Positions 38,188 through 50,666 of a DNA stretch of 64,000 nt are shown in pieces. The stretch lies in the NCBI GenBank assembly GCA_002189035.1, contig NEEC01000020.1, positions 186,001-250,000 on the forward strand. Direction: 5' to 3'. The notes beneath the pieces were generated by a model, which was not told the origin of the DNA, did no database searches, and was given only the letters and a program-made list of their open reading frames with translations. This stretch comes from Utricularia gibba. Taxonomy: Eukaryota > Plantae > Magnoliophyta. Position numbers and translations under genes: made by a program. Position 1 is the first letter of the stretch; the number at the start of each line of letters is the position of its first letter.

Positions 38188-40891
38188 GGATCCGATCCAG
38201 AGGAGGAAGATGAAGTCTAGGGTTCATGCTCACGTACACCCCCACATATAATTACAAAATCTCCTTTCTATAATCGAATTAATGAATTATTATTATTATT
38301 GGAATTAATTAAATTAAATTAAATTCAGTAGAGAAGAGATAGGCGTAGAGGGGGTATGTGTAGATGTGGATCCAATAAACGCAGATAGCACAATAAGTCA
38401 AGGAGCAATTGAAGAGTGGATCTAAAAAGGGTAAGAAAATTAATGGGGCAATTTAAGAAGATATCATCATTTTGGTATCTATTTTCATAAATTCCAAACT
38501 TCCTTTTGACTTAAGATCGACCCAATAATCTAGGGTTCGAATCTAAAATATGCAAATAGTATTAAATGTAAAATCGTAAGTGTTAGATGCTCGAAACGGA
38601 CAATATCGTGATAGGTGTGTGCGGGTCGTTACAATTTGTTTGTCTACATGCTATAATTTATACTTATAAATAATATTTTAATTCTCATTGTTTCAAAATT
38701 ATTCATAATTAACTTATACTGTTTGAAAATCGGGTAAAAATAGTTCCCACTATTTATATTAATGACATAATTGATTCAGAATTACAAACCTTATTTTTTT
38801 TTCCTAAATCAATTTTATTATTACCATGCTCATGCCTATCCCCATCGCACGCATTATATTTGATTTTTTAAATATTGAAGATCAATTATAACTGATCTTT
38901 AAAACACGAGTAAAAAATAATTGAAGTAAAAAAATATTGGAGACTAAATATATCGGGTACGTCAAAATGTGAAGATTAATTATACCATTTTCATGAAATA
39001 CTAGAGATTAATTGTGCTAATTTTAAAAACAGTGAGGATGTATGTGGTGGGGTGTGTCGACTCGAACCTATCAAGTGACGATATATTCTCATCTTACACA
39101 ATATTATCTATTTCATGTATCTAACCCTCATTGTTTTACATTATTTACTATCAGAAAAAACGATTCATACAAGATTATGATGATCATTTTTTTTAAATAC
39201 GTTTACTTTCTTATCCATAATCAATATAAGATATCATAATCATCACAAGTCCCATGTATTTACATTGTCAATTTTGTTTAATTTTTTTTTTTATCTTAGA
39301 TCCGAAATTCTTAAGCATGGATTCTCGTTTAAGTTTGTGAAACCCTGATTTTGAAGCAATATTGGGAAAGTCAAAATCTGGGAACTGTATTTTGTGACAC
39401 AAAATACATTTTTTTTTTTTTTGTGTTCATGAGTAGGAGTGGAGGGTTGTATCAAATTTGATATGGAAAGATTTTGATGATAAAATAACATTTTGAGACG
39501 ATTTTTTTGTCAAATACGATCGTTTTTTTTGGTCTCTAAATAATGTAAAATTTAGAAAACGACCCCAAACTTATCGCCTATTATAAGTGTTTTTATTAAA
39601 AATAGAATGAAAGAGAGTTGAAGAGGACTCTTTTGTTGTGGGTCAATAGCATCAATAATGGTGACCCTGAAGGAGGGTTTGCATTTAATATTTGATAATT
39701 GAAAAATTAATTTCTTTAAATTCCATTAGGGCGGCGCGTGTGATACACTGTAGAGTTGACCTCACCACCATTATTTTTCAAAAAAAAAAAAAAATTAAAC
39801 TCATTGGAAGTGCAAAATAAAAGGCTTTTATATTAAAACTTCAAAAAATAAAAGAAATCGAATGCTAATCATTAGAGTTATTTGACAATCTACAGCATAT
39901 GAGCTACAAATAAATACATATGCAAGTAATCTGTAAATTTGATTATTTAAAATAGTATGAATTAGGAGCGAAAATTTAACGAAATATTAAATTTTTAATA
40001 AAGTCTTGTATTTTATTAAAAGATTTTATTCAAGTTCATGGATCTCCCCGTACTTAAAACTTGTTCAAGTTACGTCATTTGTACGAATGTGCAGTTTATC
40101 TATTTAGTATATTAAAGAATTGTATAAATTAGTGGTGATTTAAATGTTATATTCTAAATCAATTATTTTTTATTTTCAAAAAAATAAGTAACGAAATGAT
40201 TTCCATTTTTTAAAATGGTAATTAAACCCACCGCAATGACCTAATGAATTGGCGAAACAAGAATAGAAAGTCCAATAATAGAAGCTCATATAATGTAATT
40301 GGCCCATTTGTATTTGGGCCCTTTTGAGATTTAGTGTTTGGGTTTTAGGGATTTGGAATATTGAATTTGATTTAATTGATACTAAATTGGCTTGGTCATT
40401 GTTACGTTTTGGAGTGGCGCACGACATTGAGGGTGTTTTACATTACTTATGATAAATTAACTTATAAGTAAGAGTAAGTAGAAGTTAATTTAAAGTAAAA
40501 AATAAGTAAGAGTTGTTTGTTTTAATTTATTTATAAAAGTCATAAGTAAAAGTTAATAGTGTTTGATATAACTTTCAAAATTTGTAAACAAAAGTCTAAA
40601 ATACCCATATATTCATTTAAATGTTTTTAATAATATAATTTATATTTATTATTTTCGTATAATTATAAATCAATGTTTTAAAGTTATGTAACAAATTAAT
40701 AATTAATTTTTTTTTCATATTTTAATGTATTTATTAATATTTGTATAGTTATATGAATTGTAATATGTAATAAAATAATATTAACACAAATTTCATTCAA
40801 TCGTAATAACATGCATAATAAACGATAGATTGAGTTATATAAACTCTGAAAACAACAATAGATAAACTAGACTTGATATTATGAGACATTT

Positions 40892-42113
40892 TTAATTTAT
40901 TCTACTAATTGATGCACATATTGCATCACGTAAAGCAGTCATATATCCATATTGAGTTGATGATGCAAAAGCTTCTGCTGCTGGTAGAGCTTTTTGAGGA
41001 TTATATGGTGGAGTCCAATTATCAACTTCAAAACGTAAGAAATCCGGATCATTTGCATCAACTCTCTTGATAAAATTGCAAATTGCCATAGTTGCTGGTA
41101 CAATAAGTACTTAATCTTGCCATGAAAATCCCCAAGGAAGTCTATTAACCATGTCAAATTTTGCCTTCCATACTCCAAAACATCGTTCAATTACAGAACG
41201 TAGCGAAGAGTGTCGATAATTATACATCTCTGTAGGATTTCTAACCCGTGGATTAGCACGAAACTCTTCCAAGTGGTACCTTTGACCTCTATATGGTGTC
41301 AAAAAAAAATGTAGTATTCATATACCCAGAATCAGCAAGGTAATACTTACCTGGTGGTGGCAATGGAAAATTATTTTTGGGTGAATGCATAACCCGTGAT
41401 AATATTGAACTATCATGCATTTATCCTTCATATCCTGAAGCTACAAACATGAACAGCATATTGAAGTCGCATACTGCCAAAATATTCTGTGTGGCTTCAC
41501 GGTATCAACCAAAAAAAGGACGTCTATCTTCTTTTCTAATTCTCGCAGGAATATGAGTACCATCAATGGCACCAACCGCATCTTGAAAATGAGGCCAAAA
41601 TCGAGAATCATTTCTTATTTTTGCAAGGGGAGTCGACATATCACTCGTTGGAACTATAAATTCAGAAGTCATATTTGCACAAGCATCAAGAACTGCACAA
41701 AAACTTTGACTTACAGTATATCCAGAACATTGGAACCATTCTTGAAGCAAACGGTTACTACATTTCAGACCCATTGCCAAGAGAAACGTTGCCACTTGTT
41801 CCTCAACAGAGACTGTGCGTGTGGATATTAAACCATAGCGTTCATATAGAACACTATATAACCTATGAAATGTTTCTCGTTTCATTCGAAGTAGTTGATA
41901 TGAACGAATCCAATGGCCTTCCAGTATACCCTTTAACCATGCAGCTCCAGATAACTCTCTATCTCGACAAGACATTCTTACAAAAGCACATTAGTAAAAT
42001 TCAAGAATGGATTGCGCTAGTGTCGCTATAACAGAGACTATTTCAGCATTTGGAGTCTCACCTTCATCTTGAGAATTATCGGTATGTGGGGAAGAGTTGC
42101 TGGAAGAAGACAT
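40892..42113 (-). pseudogene. Harbinger DDE transposase (HARBI1-like), inactivated
   Basis: VSVEEQVATFL, DAVGAIDGTHIP, QNILAVCDFNMLF, HDS, KYYLADSGY and FNYRHSSLR-like YNYRHSSLRSVIERCFGVWK. In-frame stops at 41991, 41505, 41421 and 41111, and a frameshift at the T9 run 41301-41309. Confidence 0.9.
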
Positions 42114-42189
42114 GGATGCGTTGTGTTTGAAAATGATACATAGCCTTGATTTTATAGATGAAAAAGGTGGAATCTTAGTAAGAAATCAT

Positions 42190-42326
42190 ATGCAATTGTC
42201 GTTGAAAAGCAAATACAGCTAATAAAGTATATGGAATTGATGGAGAAAACACATGCAATTGTCGTTGAAAAGCAAATATAGCTAATAAAGTATATGGAAT
42301 TGATTCAGAAAACACATGGAATTGTT
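42190..42326. repeat. 63-bp tandem repeat (about 2.2 copies) between the two transposon genes
   Basis: ATGCAATTGTCGTTGAAAAGCAAATAcAGCTAATAAAGTATATGGAATTGA starts at 42190 and 42253, with a partial third copy at 42316. Confidence 0.9.
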
Positions 42327-42430
42327 ACGTAAAATCAAATTCAGTCAGACATCCACATGAAATGGTTCAACTTTAAAGAAAGCAATGTTCTTACTACATT
42401 TCAAATTCACCTACTAATATTAAAAGAAAA

Positions 42431-43548
42431 CTACTTTAGATTAGCACTCTTATATGCTCTGATAAATGCCAACCTTTCTTCATTACTTGTCATACTCATA
42501 AAAGCTTCACGATAAACAATCTTGCCGAACGCCAATGCAGCAGCTCCAAACACACTTGGATCCTCTCGTGCTTTTGGAATTCCCCTCACTATATCTAAGC
42601 ACTCTGCAATTGAGGGTACCTTTTGTCTTTGAGGCACAGATGAATAAGATCCACTCTTTAACTGATTTGTTAAAGCAGCAACTGACTCAGCTAACTTTTC
42701 TCCTGTTTCTTTAATAGTTCTTCTTTGACGTTTGTTTCCCACATTAGCACTGCTCGCACCAACTTCCACACTTCCCTAAACATTAACAGATTAGAAGTAA
42801 ATTCATATAATAGTAAATTTATATAATAGTAAAATAATTTAGATAGTAACATACCTGTTGTGGACTATCATAAAATGATGGTTGTTCATTCATTCCAATA
42901 TCAATATTATTGAAAAAGTCATCATTTTGGATGTTTATGCTATCTAAGTCAACAGATGCATCACCATCATTAGTAGAGCTATCAACCCCTGTCGACATAC
43001 GATAAGGCGCTCGTGGAGGGACCTTGCCATTTCCAGTATTCCATGCTGAATCAGCTGTTGGTGTCACTGGTGTGAAGATAACATTTTGCAATTCAGAATA
43101 AATAGGTGGAGTGGTCTTGAATTTTTTGCATCCTGGCATCTCCTAGAAAATACAAAATAATTGAGTCATAATGTATTTATCATTTATATATAAGTACAAA
43201 TACAAAAAAAAAAATCACTTTAATCATTCTTGACCACCATTCATCTGTTCCGGTTATGACTCCCAAGTTTTCATCCCATCCACTTCCAATTGTCTTTTGA
43301 AGCCTAATCCATATGGACCAATCTTTTTTCATTGAGTTGAATTTATTTTTCAACTGTTTCATCACATAACGACGCCCCGTCCTTTCATTAAACTCTTTCA
43401 AAATCCTATGCCACCCCTGAGAATTAAAACATGTTCCAAGCATATTATTTACATAAACTTGATGTGCACAAGCTTCCAAAAATATGTGAGTAGCATTTTC
43501 GTCCAAAGCAGCACTAGAAGTAGGCGAAGATGATACTTGTTTATCCAT
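42431..43548 (-). CDS. Harbinger ORF1 Myb/SANT-like DNA-binding protein, 3 exons, apparently intact
   Basis: FNSQGWHRILKEFNERTGRRYVMKQLKNKFNSMKKDWSIW..GSGWDENLGVITGTDEWW. GT-AG introns join three stop-free exons in frame, ending ERLAFIRAYKSANLK*. Confidence 0.85.
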
Positions 43549-44178
43549 GTGTTCCTTGTAGAAGCAACAAAACACTAAATTGCAGCAGCAAAATTAAAAA
43601 AAAATAAATACTAAGGGATTGTAAAGCTATGCCTCAAGCCAAATCTATCTAACTGCAGAAGCAAACTGTAAAGAAATTTTGCTTGAATCCCATAAAATCT
43701 AAAAAGTGCTTTCTGCTTCCCTCTGCAGAACAGGAAGCGACACAATCTTGTGTGACTTAAGAAAAATGAAAAAAACAAAAGGCAACAAAAAAATAAAATC
43801 TTGGAAACGAAAAAATGGGGTGGAAAGCAACAAATCTGGAACTTCGGAGGAGCTGGATTTGGGGAATTCCGTCCGCAAGGTCTTGAATCAAAAATCTAGA
43901 AAGCACACCCAACCCAATACACGCAGATTAAGGTGAGAAGTAAATTTTTTATCATTTTATATTTTAATATAAAGACATATAAGTAATTTCACAGTATTTT
44001 TTTTATTTAAGTTACAATTAAGTAACTATATAACTACTTTTAAATACAACTTATAAACAACTTATAAATTATAACATATAAGTTAAAAAAAACAAACATC
44101 TAATAAGTTAATACTTATAATTTAGTTAAGTTATTTATAAGTTATATAAAATACCACCAATGGTACAATAGCCTGGCA

Positions 44179-46833
44179 TCACGGCACGCCGGTTCCGGAG
44201 ACTGGTCTGAATCCCTGTCTCACCGCCGCGTCCCAGACCACGTCGATCCGGTCGACGTCGATCGGCCCGACCTCGTGGTGCATCCATCCCTCCAGCGAAT
44301 GGACTGCCCCTCCGGCGTGGCAAGCGTGAACCACCCCTCGCCCCATGGTGTACTGCAACAAGGAAACGACTGGTTAGCGCAAGTTGGGACCGCTTGGCAC
44401 TCAGAGGGGGGGCGTTTAGATTTACTTCGCAGCAACCGAGTTCCTGGACGTCCTCGGGTAGGCGCATTGCAGCTAGGGCACCGTAGGTACAGTCCCTTCT
44501 GGACTGGTGCACCGGCGGGACCACAAACTGATGGAAGTGAGCTCCGGAAGGGGCGAAGTTCTGCTCTCTTGGGGTTATCCATTTTCCCAGTATCCATGTC
44601 TGTAGGAGAACACAAGCTTTAGGATGATAGTTAAGGTGTTTTTCAGGTAGTTGGTTATGGACCTTGCAATGCTGTGCTGCTTGGTACTTTGTGACTTGGA
44701 CTAGGAGATTTTGCCGACCGATCGGCGCTTCCTTTTGGACCTTTGCGAACCGGCCTGCTGATGAGGTTAGCATCTGCAATTGACCAGTAGCTTAGCATCT
44801 GTAAACAGATTGATAGAGTTTAAGATATCAAGTGCTTACTAGAACCCTGACTCCTCTGGCACAAAGGTAGAGAGCAATGGCTCTGCCAAGCTTAGAAGTG
44901 GATCCTGTCAAGAATACTTCCTTGACGTCGGAGGGTATCTCTTTGAGGATGACGGCTGCCGTCAGTGTGTTGCCGTGCACCACTCGAACCTTCAGATTGG
45001 GGTGTTTGTTCACAAACAGCATCCCACCTTCATTTAGAGATTCATTCTGTGGAGCAAATGAGTAATGCTTATGAGGAACCTGGGGAGAAGTTAATTGGTT
45101 TGAGCCTGAGTTCCTAGAGTTTCATCCCCATGTATCTAACCTTGTTCAAAGCAGCCAAGCTGATAACTTTAACACCCAATCTATCAGCCCGAAGAATTGC
45201 CTCTTCGATCCGGTTGTTAATCCCTTGAGCAGCAAATGGCAAGAAGTACTGCACAAAGCAATCTTTCAATCTCAGCCTAACTGCTTGCTTTGTATTTCAG
45301 TTGCTTACCTGAAAACCGAAACGTGGAACAACCCAAGTCTGATGCAGACGGCCCCTAAGGTTGTAGAAGGAGGATAAGAAGGCCTTGGACTTTGCCCACA
45401 TGATCAGCATTGAAAGAAAAGCAATAGGCCACAGTGGGAGCATGTAAAGCCTTGTCTTGTATGGTTGTGAAGCAATAGAGCGGATGAAGAAGGGAGCATG
45501 CCAAGCAGAGAACATGTCCACTACATGAGCCAGGAACACGAAATCAGGGGCCCTCCCGTTTTTCCCTGCAGTCTCCATTCAAATTAGGTGACAAATTCCA
45601 TCATGCCTCATTTTAGACAATAGTACCTGAATTTGAGCTGTTTTGCTTGTGCACAGTCCATGATCTTTTGTTCAGTGTGTTTCCAAGTGCGTCACAGAGG
45701 GGCATGAATAGGCAAAAGTTAGTGTCTGTTTCTTCATGATGGAGGTTATGGTAACTGCATAACCAGCATAGCATAAAACAGGCCAGGGATCAAGATTATG
45801 ACAAGGAAACAAGTCTCTGCTCTAGCAAAACAAGAGAAAATACTTACCTGGGAGTGTACATTACATATCTAAGAAAAGGGATAGTCTCAAATATTTGGTA
45901 GGGAATCATCTCAACATTGGAATGGCCTAAGCATCTCAGAAAATCAAATGCCAAGATGTAGCAATAAACCAAGCCTATCGATCCAGCACTGATCGAAAAA
46001 GAGCTGACTACTGGCACTCCGATCACTACTGCTAACACAAGGTGTTCCAAGAACGAAGCATGGCCGGCTGTAGACTCAACCATGTGGGAAAAAAAAAAGC
46101 AATAACACAGCATGATGCATCTTATATCATAGAGGAAAAAGACTGGCTTGGCTAGAATTGTTCACTTCTCTTATACAAAGACTTACCTGTGTACGGCTGT
46201 GGGACTGGTGAGGAATGGTGGAGAGAATGGTAGTGAGTGAAGAGATGCTCTCCATGGAAGCATCTGTGCAAGATGTAGAAAAGTGGCTCTGAAACTAGTG
46301 CATGTACAAGTACAGCTGCAACAACTCCACAACTGTTCCACAGAGGAACTGATTCTGAGGAAGGGAATATGTGAAGCACCAGAGAAGCTACCAGACCTTG
46401 AAGGAGTATAAAGTTGTCCCTGAGAAAGAGCTTTCATGTAAGACATCGAAGGTTGGAATCCTAAAGGAAACAGGCGTGAGTATTACCAATGCCACTCTTG
46501 GTCAATTTGTCTGAAATCAACACCCTTCTTGACAATGAGACGATTACGAGTTAGGTACAGCATGTTTGTGTAAGAACACCAACACTGATGCATGAAGAGC
46601 CTAAGCATACACAGAATGAAAATGTGCAGGCTCCATGTACCCTCTTGCTGATACCATGAATACACAGCTTTCGCCATTAAAACACCGTAAATCGCCCACT
46701 GATTCAAAACCAAATCCCATATTCAAAAACACAGAACAATATAGAATGTGAAACCTCAGCAGCACTAATGTACCTTGTGGTCGCCCAGAATCTCCCATGG
46801 CCAGGCAAACAAAGGTGGAGCAGCAGCAGCCAT
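44179..46833 (-). CDS. CER3: ECERIFERUM 3 / WAX2 very-long-chain aldehyde decarbonylase complex subunit, multi-exon
   Basis: [20 protein letters not shown]; [15 protein letters not shown]; His boxes HRCFH..HYHSLHH and LGHSN; [11 protein letters not shown]; [15 protein letters not shown]; [19 protein letters not shown]; C-terminal [33 protein letters not shown]. Confidence 0.97.
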
Positions 46834-48692
46834 GGCGAGGAAGGTAAATGGTACTGCTCAAGAAAGGAAAACAAAGCAACCATATGATTTTGTTCACTGT
46901 GGCATTTACTCAAATACGAACAAGGCTAGTTTATATAGAGGGGGGACGGGTACTGGAGAGGGTGGCCAATTATTTGATTCCCTAAATTCCCCCATCTACA
47001 AGCTCCATGTCACATGATTGTCATTTAGTCGGAAAACTGCAGCAGATAAAAACTCACCATTCTTGTCTGTTTCCCCAACTGTAAACTTTCCACCAGGGAG
47101 GGTAACTACAACCAAGAAACCATTTAACTGAAATACATGATTCTATTCAAAATGTGCAAAGTTAGCATGCGTATGTGAATGTGGATTCTTGATGTGGTTC
47201 GCATCACAAGGCCGATTCGTCTCTGGTGTGTGCCCGCCCGTGCTTCAGCCACATGGCCACGATCCATGATCAGTTTTGCATTCAAATTTATTAGAGAAAG
47301 CAACGTTTCTCAACGCCATTTATTGCTTATCTGTTAGATAATTGATGGCACCCTGCTGCCTGTAATAAGATGGATCCACAGGCAAGGACACTGGACACTC
47401 CCAAATGAAGGCATCCACCCACATCCGTGGTGTAATGTTCACCATTGTTGCTCAGATGTGAACAAGCAGGTAGTAGCAGCATCCGCCATGGTTCAAATCG
47501 AGACTCATCTCTCTATGTCAGATCCGTTTCCATGTGTTTCGAGATGTGATTCTCTTGTCTCCATTGGTTTCCAACAAATGAAGGGCATCCACCCACACCC
47601 CATGTCTTGAAAGCCGGTATATCAGAGGAGGGTTCGCCATTGCTGCTCAGATGTGAACAAGCAGCAACCTCCATGACCCAAACTTCAAGCCCAATCCCTG
47701 TGTATCAGAGCATTTTCGTGTGCTTCGGGACATGATTCTCTTGTCGCCATTGGTTTCCCAGATGCTTTACCAATGGGGGAGAGGAAAAGGCGTCAGACGC
47801 CAGTTTCATTTGTTTCTGGTTTCTGGGTAAACGAACGGCAGCAGCAGCTCCTTCCCCATGCAAATTAGGAATCACTTTCTCCTTCACGTGCAGAAGCACA
47901 GCATTTCCCCACTCACAGTAAAAGAAACAAAAACTAGTAACTTTTTTTCTTCCCATCAAACTCAAAATAAGTTCAATGTAAAATCAAATCGAAATCAAAC
48001 TATAATCCAAAAAAGTTTATAAATACCATAGGTTATAATTACACGTTTAAATATTCAATTCTCATAATTTTACGTTTTTTTCCATATTTGATCAAAAAGT
48101 TTCCATTTAATCAACCATCTTAAAATTTACAAACACATTTAACTTAGAGTAAATATAAAACTTACATCTAAAAACTGAACTAAATTTGAATCGATCGTTC
48201 CAAATCATACCATGACAGTGTGAAAGTTTGATCATTAGTTGAGATCAATTGAAGATTTACGATAAAAATACAGATGATTTACAAATTTGATTATCTTGTA
48301 ATATATGTATAATAAAACTAATCAATATTAATATTAAATTTTTTATCTTAATATATGAAAATTACATAAAGATAGACGAATTTGTAAATGATCATCTTCA
48401 CTACGGTATATATTGATTGGGCTTTGGTTTAGGGATAAGAAAAGGAAATGGTTTTGGGTCGGAGTTAGATTATGGGCCTGGGCCCATTAGCTACTATCCC
48501 TTCCCCATCTTCTTCTGCCGTTGAATCCCAGAGACAGAACAGAAACTCAGATGCTACGAGAATGTCTGAACAGAATGCAGAGAGAATATCAAAGGTCATG
48601 GAGCTCTGTACACAATGAAGTACGCCAACACCAGCACAGAAAGCAAACCGACGCAGCTCCAAAGCATGTGGTGAATGAATCAATCCTCGCTC

Positions 48693-49894
48693 TCAAGGGT
48701 ACCTTCGTTTCCAAGCGTTGTCCTCCCTGTTGTTTCTGAAGGCGCAGCAGCCGACAGAGTAGACCACGATGAGGAAGAGAAGGAAGATGACGTTGACGAC
48801 GGCAACCCTCTTCCAGTCGCTCTTCATGTTATCCAGGAGGCCGGCCTTGCATGAGTTGCAGCCGTAGCAGAGCCGGGCCAGATCGTTTCCCCAGGTGCTG
48901 CAATCAGGGTTCGTTGAGTTGGGAGTTTGTGGGGGAGTCCAGCTGGTGGGGCTCACGTAGGTGAAGCCACAGCTATCCGGCGGCTTACAGCACCCCGACT
49001 GCGAATCATGGAGGATAATGGAAGTCAGCAGGGTACAGTTATGAATGATCCCAAGGAAGGGAACATACAGAAAGGAGCTCAACTTTGTAAGGGAATCAAA
49101 GAAGTGCAGAACAAAAAGCATACACCTTTCCTTGAGAAAGCCCTTTATCAGTTCCAGATCCCTAGTATCCTATTACCCAATTACTGAGATCAATAAAGGA
49201 GCCTCCTGAAGTCTAGATCCATCATTTTGAACTAACTCAAAAGCTATTGACTACTCATGATTATTAAAGGGCTAGTACTCATGACCAAGAATCATGTGCA
49301 AACAAACATAGAGCAGATCCATGGACAAAAAAAAAGATCTGAGGTTCAAGAAAGCGCATGATAAATCTTAACCAGCCTTAGGTGTATTTTGTGTACCTGA
49401 AGGGCAGTAAGGTGGGAGGCATAGAACTGTCGAACCGGGGTTGATCCAGCGTTAACAAGACTCTGGCAAATCCTACTCTGCTCCAAGCAACTACTGATTC
49501 TCCCCCAATTCTGATTAACCCTTGTCTGCAACCAATTGGAATAATCCCCAAGCCTATACTCCTTATACCCCCTTCCCGAAATCGCTTGTCCCGCACCCCT
49601 ATTCGTGACTACAAAAGCGAAGATGGTGAAGCAGAAGAGCAGCAGAATCAGTAGGAACATGACGAACAGGTAGAGCCAGAGAAGCCACGTGACTCTACAA
49701 CAAGAACCCACTATCCCCGCGATGGAGACGATCAGAATAAAGACCCCCAGCGCGATCACCGGCCTCTCGAGAAACCGCTCGCACTCCGTGTTCGCCTGCC
49801 TGGACAGCCATATCCCCCCGCCGATGATGGGGATCGACAGAAGCAGAGTGAGGATGTTGAGGATCCCCAGCAGATTGTTGCTTATCCGCACCAT
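48693..49894 (-). CDS. TET8: Tetraspanin, TET8-like, 2 exons (49894-49397, 48998-48693)
   Basis: [18 protein letters not shown]; [17 protein letters not shown]; LQ|SGCCKPP plant tetraspanin signature; [10 protein letters not shown]; [16 protein letters not shown]. Confidence 0.95.
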
Positions 49895-50419
49895 TCTTTG
49901 TGCCCCCAGAAGAGATCCGATCTAAGAATGAAGAAGAGGGCCAGAGGAGAGCAGCGGCTATGTCAACTGATCCGCGTATTTGCCCAACAGAAATTCGCGA
50001 AAATGGAGGAAGCTTCTAAGCCGTGGGGGGGGGGGGGGGGGTGGGATATCAGATAATATCGCACCGGTCGGGGACCTCCGCCCGCGCTACGTGGCGGACA
50101 TGTATTGGTCGCAAAAAAGCTAACCGTTGGCGTGTGGGTCCCACACGCTCCAGAATTTATATCCGCTGACCGGGACATACGACCACTTCCCTCATTCAAA
50201 AAAATAAAAATTAAATGAATAAAAATTTATATTTGATAATAATTTAAATTATCAAGTATATTGATATTTTTTATTCATAATTATTGGTAATTGCAAGTTC
50301 GCCTATAAATGTGTCTTTATTCGAAAAGTGCCCAAGAAAAGGCAAAATCTCCTAAAAGGCCCCGATAGTTCAAACGGTAAACTTTTGGGCACAACCTGGT
50401 GAGGGTTCCTCTCTCGGCG

Positions 50420-50450
50420 TCATATATATATATATATATATTATATATAT
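50420..50450 (+). repeat. (TA)n tract at the TATA position upstream of the eIF(iso)4G-derived locus
   Basis: catatatatatatatatatattatatatataat, followed by a pyrimidine-rich leader and a probable 5'UTR intron. Confidence 0.7.
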
Positions 50451-50666
50451 AATCTTACCGTCATCGCGACCTCCTCCACCGGTAGAGTCTCTCGATTCAC
50501 TTTCCCCGGTATCTTGTATCAGTAATTTCAGTGTTATGTATATGTAGCGCGTGTTTGGAGAGGCGGACCCGGCATTGTATTTAGATTTTTTGTTCGAGTT
50601 ATGGGTACGTAGATCGTGTTTTCTTGCTTGGCGGTTGATTTGACGGCGAGCTTCGGTTTGGGAGTT

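Larger units (their letters stand above)
40431..44156 (-). mobile_element. PIF/Harbinger DNA transposon of about 3.7 kb, degenerate
   Basis: Imperfect 20-bp terminal inverted repeats: GGGTGTTTTACATTACTTAT (40431-40450) versus ATAAGTTATATAAAATACCA (44137-44156), 16/20 identical. AACTTATAA subterminal repeats occur at both ends. It carries a Myb/SANT-like gene and a HARBI1-type DDE transposase. No TWA target duplication was recognised. Confidence 0.85.

Noticed and set aside
44160-44620. GC-rich block beside the transposon, at first suspected to be captured foreign DNA
   Set aside because: It is the last two coding exons of CER3 (WAX2 C-terminal domain).
48521-48739. 72-aa plus-strand ORF (MNPRDRTETQ..)
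   Set aside because: It is antisense to the tetraspanin 3' end and UTR, lacks a true ATG start, and has no motif.
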